Notes under the pieces: model-generated | Database searches by the model: none | Told to the model about the DNA's origin: nothing | The model's input: the letters and a program-made list of their open reading frames with translations, nothing else | Assembly (NCBI GenBank): GCA_963733035.1 | Contig: CAVTBU010000005.1 | Span: forward strand, 2,592,001-2,656,000 | Direction of reading: 5' to 3' | DNA length: 64,000 nucleotides | DNA from: Pirellulales bacterium | GTDB lineage: Bacteria > Planctomycetota > Planctomycetia > Pirellulales > PALSA-1355 | Translations under genes and position numbers: made by a program | In this document: piece by piece, positions 57,486 through 64,000 of the stretch | Layout: every line of letters begins with the position of its first letter | How positions within the stretch are numbered: the first letter of the stretch is position 1

Positions 57486-57506
57486 TGAAATCGGGCCACC
57501 ACTTCC
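57486..57506 (+). promoter_or_regulatory. 21-bp motif, copy 2
   Basis: tgaaatcgggccaccacttcc; inverted partner at 56331-56351. Confidence 0.45.
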
Positions 57507-57534
57507 CGCACAATGCGTTTTAGTCTGGTGGCCA

Positions 57535-57916
57535 GGCGTGGTCACGCGAAGCGTAGCGTTTCGTTGAGACGGGGACGTCTTGGCCCCGTGCTTGGGACAA
57601 ATGCCCTGCGGCGGGCGCCAGCCGCAGTGTTTTTCGTCTCGTTGATTCACGCCGCTCCGATCGTGCTTGCCGAAAGTCGGCGGCATGTGGGAGTCGTTGT
57701 GCCAGGCTTGTCCGCCCGTGTCTGAGAAACCACCCGGCCCAGTGAGGGATGGATTGGAAATGCCGGGCACCTAACGCCTCAGACGAGTGACGGGTATCAT
57801 CCCGCGTGCACCAGCTGCTCTTTGGCCGATGGTCGAGGAGTGATCAACTGTCTAACCAACCTTAAAGAACAATCCCGGCTCGTCCAAAGAGCAGCCGCAC
57901 CAAACTTTTTGTTGGT
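57535..57916. ncRNA. Candidate structured non-coding RNA or leader
   Basis: Several nested inverted repeats including a perfect 12-bp stem (57814-57825/57884-57895); no credible CDS. Confidence 0.35.
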
Positions 57917-58131
57917 CAATCTGCCAATGCGCGCTCATTCTGCGAGCATTTCTTTCGCGCCTGCCCAGCGGTTGGATTCTGCCCCCTCGTCCACTGGTTG
58001 ACCTTGTCCGCCGGGCCCCTTTCAATCGAAGCACGTTCCATCCATCAACTTGTCCTTGGCCCGCCGTGCGCGCACTTGGATCGTTCGGTACAATGTTCAC
58101 GCACTTTGGCACCTGACCAGGAAACTCGTTT

Positions 58132-59115
58132 GTGGCGTTCGACTCCTCAACCACGACCCGCAACTCTCGGCGGCAACTTCGCAAGCTGCTCTCCGCGCTG
58201 CCCTTTGTGGCACCCTGGCTGTTGGGCTTCGTGACGCTCATTGGCTATCCGTTCGTCGCGTCGCTGGGGTGGAGCTTTACGAAGTACGACATGCTGTCGC
58301 CGCCCCAGTACGTGGGGACGGCCAACTACGAACAATTGGCCGAGGAACTGGTGACCGGCCAGCGGTTTGGGCAGGCCGTCTGGAACACCAGCTATTTCGC
58401 GCTGGTCAGCGTGCCGCTGTCGATCGTGCTCGGCGTGGGACTGGCCGTGATGCTTTCGTGGAATGTGCGCGGCCGGGCCGTCTATCGCACGATCTTCTTT
58501 CTGCCGTCGGTCGTGCCCGCCGTGGCCAGTTCGATCCTCTGGCTCTGGCTGCTCGATCCACAAGCCGGGCTGGTCAACTACCTGCTCACCAGCGTCGGTC
58601 TGCCGGCCCCCGGCTGGTTCAACAGCACGGCCGAAGCGGCCTGGCCGATCGGCTGGTTTCGCGGCCAGTGGGGGTTTGGCTCGAAAGACGCGCTGGTGCT
58701 GATGAGCATCTGGGGCGTCGGCAATTTCATGATCATCTACCTGGCAGCCATCGGCGACATTCCGGCGCAGCTCTACGAAGCGGCCGAGCTCGATGGCGCC
58801 GGACCGCTGCGACGCTTCTGGCACATCACGCTGCCGATGCTCTCGCCGGTGATCTTCTTCAACCTGGTGATGGGATTGATTCACGCCGTGCAGGCATTCA
58901 CGCAGGTGTACATCGTCAGCGAAGGGCAGGGCGCGCCCGCCGGCTCGATGCTGATGCTCTCGCTGTATGTGTTCCTGGCGGCGTTCAAGTACTTGCAGAT
59001 GGGCTATGCCTCGGCGATCGCGTGGACGATGTTCGTGTTGATTGTTTTGGTGACCTGGGGATTATTTCGCTCGTCGCGATACTGGGTTTACTACCAAACC
59101 AGCGGCCGCCTGTAA
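58132..59115 (+). CDS. Carbohydrate ABC transporter permease
   Basis: YVGTANY, RTIFFLPSVVP, LYEAAELDGA..LRRFWHITLP, MGYASA. Confidence 0.92.
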   Translation: MAFDSSTTTRNSRRQLRKLLSALPFVAPWLLGFVTLIGYPFVASLGWSFTKYDMLSPPQYVGTANYEQLAEELVTGQRFGQAVWNTSYFALVSVPLSIVLGVGLAVMLSWNVRGRAVYRTIFFLPSVVPAVASSILWLWLLDPQAGLVNYLLTSVGLPAPGWFNSTAEAAWPIGWFRGQWGFGSKDALVLMSIWGVGNFMIIYLAAIGDIPAQLYEAAELDGAGPLRRFWHITLPMLSPVIFFNLVMGLIHAVQAFTQVYIVSEGQGAPAGSMLMLSLYVFLAAFKYLQMGYASAIAWTMFVLIVLVTWGLFRSSRYWVYYQTSGRL

Positions 59116-59133
59116 GTGGGGTTCTGGCACGCC

Positions 59134-60489
59134 ATGACGCTTCGCGAATACAAACAGCTCGCCGCCGCCGTGCTAATCATCGCGGTGATTCTGCTCGCGT
59201 TTCGCGAAGGCGCCAACTCCCGGTTCGAAGTTCCGCCGGACCGCAGCGAGGTCGTGTTCTGGCATTTCTGGGGCGGCAAGGACCGCCCCGTGGTCGAGGA
59301 GATTTGCGAGCGGTTTAACGCCAGCCAAGGGGAGTTCTTCGTCCGCCCGGTGGCCATGCCGGGAAACAACCTGGACCTGAAATTCTTTCTCAGCGTGGCA
59401 GGCGGCGATCCGCCGGATCTTTTGAATCAGGACGATCCAATCGTCGCCGATTGGGCACATCGCGAGGCTCTCGTGCCGCTGGACGAGATGGCCAGCTCCG
59501 AGGAGTACGAGCAGCTCGAGTCGTGGTTGTTTCCGGCCGCGCGCGAGATTGGCAGCTACCAGGGACGGCTCTACGCGCTGTGCAACGGACTCGACGTTCG
59601 CGCGCTCTACTACAATGCCGACGTGCTCGACGAGCACGGCCTTGCCCCGCCCAAAACGCTTGACGAGCTCGATCACGCGGCCACGACCATCGCGCCGCCC
59701 GGCAACGGCCCGCTGCGGCGCTACGGCTACTTGCCCGACCCACGGCGGCTGTGGTCGTGGGGCATCGTGTTCGACGGGCATTTCTACGATGCGACGACCG
59801 GGCGTGTGACGGTCGACAGTCCAAAGATTGTCGCGGCGCTCGATTGGATGGCCTCCTACAGTCGACGTTACGGCGCCGACCAGGTGGCCCGTTTCCGCAA
59901 GGGTGACCAGGCCCTGCCGGGCGCGGCCTTCCCGCTGCTCGAAGGACGCTATGCCATGATCATGGACGGCCAGTGGCGCGTGGCCGAGATTGCGGCCGTG
60001 CAAGAGGCGGCCCGCAAGCGAGGTGAGCCGGTGCCGCGTTACGGAGTTGTGCCGCTGCCGCCGCCCGATGGTGGCCTGCGCGATGCGGGCTGGGTCAACG
60101 GCAACTTTTTCGTCGTGCCGCGCGGGGCGAAAAACCCGCGCGGAGCCTGGGCATTCATGAAGTTCTGGAGTGGTTTCGGCGGCCACGAAGACCAGGCCGC
60201 TCGCGCTTGCGCCGGGGGCGGTTGGATCCCGGCATCGCAACGGGTGGTTGAACATCCGACGTTTCAAACTTACCTTGCTCGCCACCCGATGTTCCGCACG
60301 TTCGTGGCGTTGGCCGGCAGCCCGCATCAAGTGCCAACGCCGCGGGTGCCCGGTGCCCAGTTTTTTCAGGACGAAGTGATTCGGTCCGCCGAAGACGCGA
60401 TGTACAATTTGACGCCGCCTGCGGAAGCCCTGGACATCGCCGCCCGTCGCATCCAAACCCGACTGGAGGCCGAACGTGAGACGCAGTAG
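59134..60489 (+). CDS. Carbohydrate ABC transporter solute-binding protein
   Basis: VVFWH, GGDPPDL, ALYYN, AMIMDGQW, AWAFMKF. Confidence 0.9.
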   Translation: MTLREYKQLAAAVLIIAVILLAFREGANSRFEVPPDRSEVVFWHFWGGKDRPVVEEICERFNASQGEFFVRPVAMPGNNLDLKFFLSVAGGDPPDLLNQDDPIVADWAHREALVPLDEMASSEEYEQLESWLFPAAREIGSYQGRLYALCNGLDVRALYYNADVLDEHGLAPPKTLDELDHAATTIAPPGNGPLRRYGYLPDPRRLWSWGIVFDGHFYDATTGRVTVDSPKIVAALDWMASYSRRYGADQVARFRKGDQALPGAAFPLLEGRYAMIMDGQWRVAEIAAVQEAARKRGEPVPRYGVVPLPPPDGGLRDAGWVNGNFFVVPRGAKNPRGAWAFMKFWSGFGGHEDQAARACAGGGWIPASQRVVEHPTFQTYLARHPMFRTFVALAGSPHQVPTPRVPGAQFFQDEVIRSAEDAMYNLTPPAEALDIAARRIQTRLEAERETQ

Positions 60490-61303
60490 TCCTCCTGGTT
60501 TCGTAGCCCATGCGCTGTTGATACTGGCGGCGGTCGTCTTCGTTACGCCACTGGTGTGGATGGTGCTGACGTCGTTCAAACCGGCCGCCGAGATCGCCGC
60601 CGATCCGCATACGGCGCTGCCAGTCGAGTGGCGTGCGCAGAACTACGTCGAGGCGGTTACGACGATGCCGTACTTTCGCTATCTGCGTAATTCGCTGGTG
60701 CTGTGTGCCGGCAGCGTGTTGGGCACGCTCTGGAGTTGTTCGCTGGCGGCCTACGCGTTCGCGCGGATGCGGTGGCCGCTTCGCAACGCGGTGTTCGGCG
60801 TGCTGATCGCCACGATGCTGTTGCCCTGGCACGTGACGATGATCCCCCGGTTTCTGCTGCTGGGCGAACTAGGACTTTACAATTCGCTGGGGGCGCTGAT
60901 CGTGCCGACCTTCCTGGGAGACGCGTTTTCGATCTTCCTGCTGCGACAATTCTTTCTGACGATTCCCGAGGAGTTGATCGAAGCCGCGCGGCTCGATGGC
61001 TGCAGCGAGTTGGGCGTCTTCTGGCGGATCGTGCTGCCGCTATCGAAGCCGGCACTGGCAACCGTCGCTCTGTTTCAGTTCGTCGCCTCATGGAACGATT
61101 TCAACGGACCGCTATTGTATCTGAACGATCCAGAGCGATTCACGCTGGCGTATGGTCTGGAACAGTTCGTCAGTTCGTATTCCAGCCAAACGAACCTACT
61201 GATGGCGGCGGCCGTGCTGTTCACGCTGCCGATCGTGATCCTGTTCTTCTTCGCCCAGCGGACGTTCATCCGCGGCATCGCCACCAGCGGCCTGAAGGGA
61301 TGA
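60476..61303 (+). CDS. Carbohydrate ABC transporter permease
   Basis: AAYAFAR, FLLRQFF, ELIEAARLDG, LPLSKP, WNDF, FIRG....GLKG. Confidence 0.92.
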   Translation: MRRSSPPGFVAHALLILAAVVFVTPLVWMVLTSFKPAAEIAADPHTALPVEWRAQNYVEAVTTMPYFRYLRNSLVLCAGSVLGTLWSCSLAAYAFARMRWPLRNAVFGVLIATMLLPWHVTMIPRFLLLGELGLYNSLGALIVPTFLGDAFSIFLLRQFFLTIPEELIEAARLDGCSELGVFWRIVLPLSKPALATVALFQFVASWNDFNGPLLYLNDPERFTLAYGLEQFVSSYSSQTNLLMAAAVLFTLPIVILFFFAQRTFIRGIATSGLKG

Positions 61304-61319
61304 CCCACGAGCGCAGCAA

Positions 61320-61367
61320 AAAAAGGGATACATCCAATTCTCGGCGAAATTGGACCCATCCCTTTTT
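61320..61367. terminator. Bidirectional terminator / REP-like hairpin
   Basis: aaaaagggatacatccaatt..aattggacccatcccttttt, with A and T tracts on either side, between convergent genes. Confidence 0.65.
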
Positions 61368-61389
61368 CGCGCGCTGGTTGGCGCTTGGC

Positions 61390-61476
61390 CTATTTGCGAT
61401 GGCGGATCTTGGAGCGCATGCGGCGCTTCTTGCGACCCTGCTTCCTGCGACCTTTGCCCGTTCGTTTCGTGCCCAC
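61390..61476 (-). CDS. 28-aa basic peptide MGTKRTGKGRRKQGRKKRRMRSKIRHRK (candidate ribosome-associated peptide)
   Basis: GGAG 6 nt before GTG; TAG at 61390-61392; terminator hairpin follows; 16 of 28 residues K/R. Confidence 0.65.
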   Translation of the reverse strand: MGTKRTGKGRRKQGRKKRRMRSKIRHRK

Positions 61477-61750
61477 ACACGACTCCGTCTGTCAATCATA
61501 CCCCTGGTAGGCTCCGCACGATGCCGTGTTCGACGGCCAGCGAAGCTCCTGCCGGCCCAAAGAGCCGCAGGCTGGAAAGCCCGCATTCTAACCAGCTTGC
61601 TAGCGTCGGAGCAAGGGCGGAGCGTTTGCGGCCCTTGGGGGATTCGATGATTAGCCCTCGAAACGCGTGAATCGGCACGATATTGCCGTGACCCACATGA
61701 ATTACGGGGCACGCCAATACTGCGAACCATCCGAACGGCACCCGCGCCGC

Positions 61751-61966
61751 CTAGACCGCGAGCGTTTCGTTGACGGCTGCCTTATGCGAGTCGCCTTCCG
61801 TCCGCGTGGAATGGACCCATTCGGTCAGCTCACCGCGGAGAATCCTGAGGTGCTCTGGAGCGTCGATGCCGAGCTTGACAACGCCTCCACGAACGCCGAG
61901 CACCACGACGGTGATGCCATCGCCAATCTTGATCTGTTCACCCTGCTTGCGACTGAGTACGAGCAT
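61751..61966 (-). CDS. csrA: Carbon storage regulator CsrA
   Basis: MLVLSRK.GE.I.IGD.I.V.V....G..VKLGI.AP....ILRGEL; GGAGG RBS. Confidence 0.92.
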   Translation of the reverse strand: MLVLSRKQGEQIKIGDGITVVVLGVRGGVVKLGIDAPEHLRILRGELTEWVHSTRTEGDSHKAAVNETLAV

Positions 61967-62415
61967 GTTTGGTTCCCTCCGTAATTGAGGTCTGGGAGAG
62001 TCAAGTCTCCCGCGATCCGCATTGGACGTGGGCCATAGGAAGCAAACGGGATGCCCGAATCGGCGAAATTGTCTACCCGTCGCGCAAGTCATTGCGAGAC
62101 TTTGTCAGTAACGCAGATAGTAGGGGCTTGCTGGTGAGCCCATGCCAGCGGCCAAAACGGCTCGTTGTGCGTGCGAATCCGCCACGGTGGCGACCCACCG
62201 CGCAGGCGCCGAGCGTCCCAATGCGCATCGCCGCAAGACACCCGGCAATGCGTTAACACCACCAAACTGGCCGTCCAAAAGTCCCACAAAGGAACGAAGA
62301 AACCGCGTGCCCCTGCGGTTGTTTGCGTTCGGTGGGAAGGCCTACGTATGATAGCGGTTTCAGAAAACCCGCCGAATCGCCGGCCCCGCCTAGTCTTACA
62401 TCCCGAGGATGTCGC

Positions 62416-64000
62416 ATGAAATCCGCCGTCGCCCGACTTTCCCTGCTAACCTTGGTCCTCATGCAGTGGATCACCGGGTTGGCCCACGCTCAAACCGTGT
62501 TCCCGAAGGATGATTGGCAGGTCGACACGCCCGAATCTCAATCGATGTCGGGTGAGAAAGTCGCGCAGGTTGGCGACTGGCTCAAAGCCAACGGAAGCAA
62601 GACGGGCCTGGTCGTGCGTCATGGCCGAATCGTGGGCGAGTGGTACTTCGACGAAGCCAAGCCGGAAAGCAAGTACCTGGTCTATTCGACGACCAAATCC
62701 TTCTCGAGCACGGCTGCCGGGCTGGCCATCGCCGAGGGCAAACTGACGCTCGACAGCAAACTGGGCGAGTTCTTTCCGGCGGCCACGCCCGAATCGAAGC
62801 GCGACATCACCGTCCGGCAACTCTTATCGATGACCTCCGGCGCGCACAGCGACAATGCCCAACTCAATCGCAGCGACTTGCTGAGCTACATCCTGCACGA
62901 TCTGCCGATGGACGCCCCTCCCGGCGAGAAATGGGAGTACAACAACACGGGCTTGCAGCTATTGAGCCCGCTGATCAAGCAGGCCACCGGCCAGACAATT
63001 CCCGAACTGCTCGAAGCCGGCGTGTTCCAGAAGATCGGCATTCCGCGCGAAGATTGGTCCTGGGAAGAACGCAGCGGCGTACCCTTGGCGTACTCTGGCT
63101 TGCACATCACGGCCCGCAGCCTGGCGCGCTACGGCCTGTTGTTTATGAACGGTGGCATGTGGAACAAGCAGAAGGTCGTCAGCGCCGACTGGGTAGCCGA
63201 AGCGACGCGTCCGTCGCAGGAGTTGAACCCACGTTATGGGTTCCTGTGGTGGAATAACACCACGGGTGCCTGGCCGGGCGTACCGCAGGACGCGTATGCC
63301 GCTTTGGGCAAGTTCAGCAACGATATGTTGGTGGTACCGAGCCTCGATTTGATCGTGATTCGACAGGTTGGCGACGACTCGGCGGCGAACCGCCAAGTGA
63401 AGATCGGCGAATTGTTCGCGCTGGCCGCCTCGGCCGTGAACGACGTCAGCCCCTACAACGAAACGCCCGAGACGCCAATCGACATCGAAGTTGAAAAAGT
63501 TTTCACGAAGTTTCGCGTCGAGCGACCGATTCTGGTAACGCACGCCGGCGACGGCAGCAACCGGCTGTTCATACCCTCGCAATTGGGCACGATCTACGTC
63601 CTGCCGAATGATCCCGAAGTTGAGGAGCCGACCGAGTTCCTCGACATATCGGATCGCGTCGTCTACATCGACCGAGAGAATGAAAAAGGCTTCCTGGGCC
63701 TCGCCTTCCATCCCAAGTACAAGGAGAACGGCGAGTTCTTCGTCTATTACACGCCGACCGACACCAAGGCCAATACCATCGCCGTGTCGCGATTCCGCGT
63801 GTCGAAAGACGATCCCAACAAGGCGGATCCAGATTCCGAAGAGCGGATTCTCGAGGTCCAGCATCCGTTCTGGAACCACAAAGGGGGCACGCTGGCCTTT
63901 GGGCCTGACGGCTATCTGTACATTGCAATTGGTGACGGTGGACTGCACGACGATCCTTTCAAGAACGGCCAAAACCTGAAAACCCATCTGGCCAAGATCC
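62416..64000 (+). CDS. Exported beta-lactamase-family serine hydrolase fused to a PQQ glucose/sorbosone dehydrogenase domain, 3'-partial
   Basis: Read by hand (absent from the ORF track, no stop): signal peptide, YSTTK, LLSMTSG, YNN, YGFLWW, then HAGDGSNRLF, GFLGLAFHP, NHKGG.LAFGPDGYLYI..GDGG. Confidence 0.88.
   Translation, partial: MKSAVARLSLLTLVLMQWITGLAHAQTVFPKDDWQVDTPESQSMSGEKVAQVGDWLKANGSKTGLVVRHGRIVGEWYFDEAKPESKYLVYSTTKSFSSTAAGLAIAEGKLTLDSKLGEFFPAATPESKRDITVRQLLSMTSGAHSDNAQLNRSDLLSYILHDLPMDAPPGEKWEYNNTGLQLLSPLIKQATGQTIPELLEAGVFQKIGIPREDWSWEERSGVPLAYSGLHITARSLARYGLLFMNGGMWNKQKVVSADWVAEATRPSQELNPRYGFLWWNNTTGAWPGVPQDAYAALGKFSNDMLVVPSLDLIVIRQVGDDSAANRQVKIGELFALAASAVNDVSPYNETPETPIDIEVEKVFTKFRVERPILVTHAGDGSNRLFIPSQLGTIYVLPNDPEVEEPTEFLDISDRVVYIDRENEKGFLGLAFHPKYKENGEFFVYYTPTDTKANTIAVSRFRVSKDDPNKADPDSEERILEVQHPFWNHKGGTLAFGPDGYLYIAIGDGGLHDDPFKNGQNLKTHLAKI

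Noticed and set aside
56378..57770. ORFs 56378-57070 (+) and 57168-57770 (-)
   Set aside because: Non-protein-like composition; they overlap the lipoprotein gene and structured non-coding segments
57834..57865. GAGGAG RBS-like site inside the 12-bp stem's loop
   Set aside because: No correctly spaced start codon with a credible ORF
57318..57997. gggggcg... and ...ggttggattctgccccctcgtccac resemble tmRNA/tRNA ends
   Set aside because: No GTTCGA T-loop, no acceptor-stem pairing, no tag ORF

Overview
A 64-kb window of GC-rich bacterial chromosome, most likely Planctomycetota (DUF1501, TIGR03009-like protein, LExRxLLS export motif, PEP-CTERM proteins). Most of it is housekeeping and metabolism: a GH57-GalT-GH57 alpha-glucan cluster, a GH5 cellulase, ABC transporters, argH, ccsA-hemA, scpB, speA, nfeD-nfeD-floA, a GT2/BshC-like/inositol-phosphate-synthase cluster, peptidases and csrA. 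About 11 conserved genes carry single frameshifts, which are probably long-read indel errors. The accessory region at ~51.4-58.1 kb is the most interesting. It holds an AHH-nuclease toxin with an Imm11-type immunity gene and no recognisable delivery domain. It also holds a 21-bp motif present twice in inverted orientation, pointing into the toxin operon and into a ~380-nt structured non-coding stretch, plus a candidate terminated sRNA and a chimeric duplication whose differences are mostly synonymous. Also found by reading the DNA: two inverted copies of a 159-bp MITE-like element sitting on TAG stop codons, a 28-aa very basic ORF missing from the ORF track (possible ribosomal peptide), a GH5 domain inserted inside a Calx-beta domain, and a beta-lactamase/PQQ-dehydrogenase fusion running off the right edge. 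No rRNA, tRNA, CRISPR array or transposase was seen. All family calls are by motif recognition; no searches were run.
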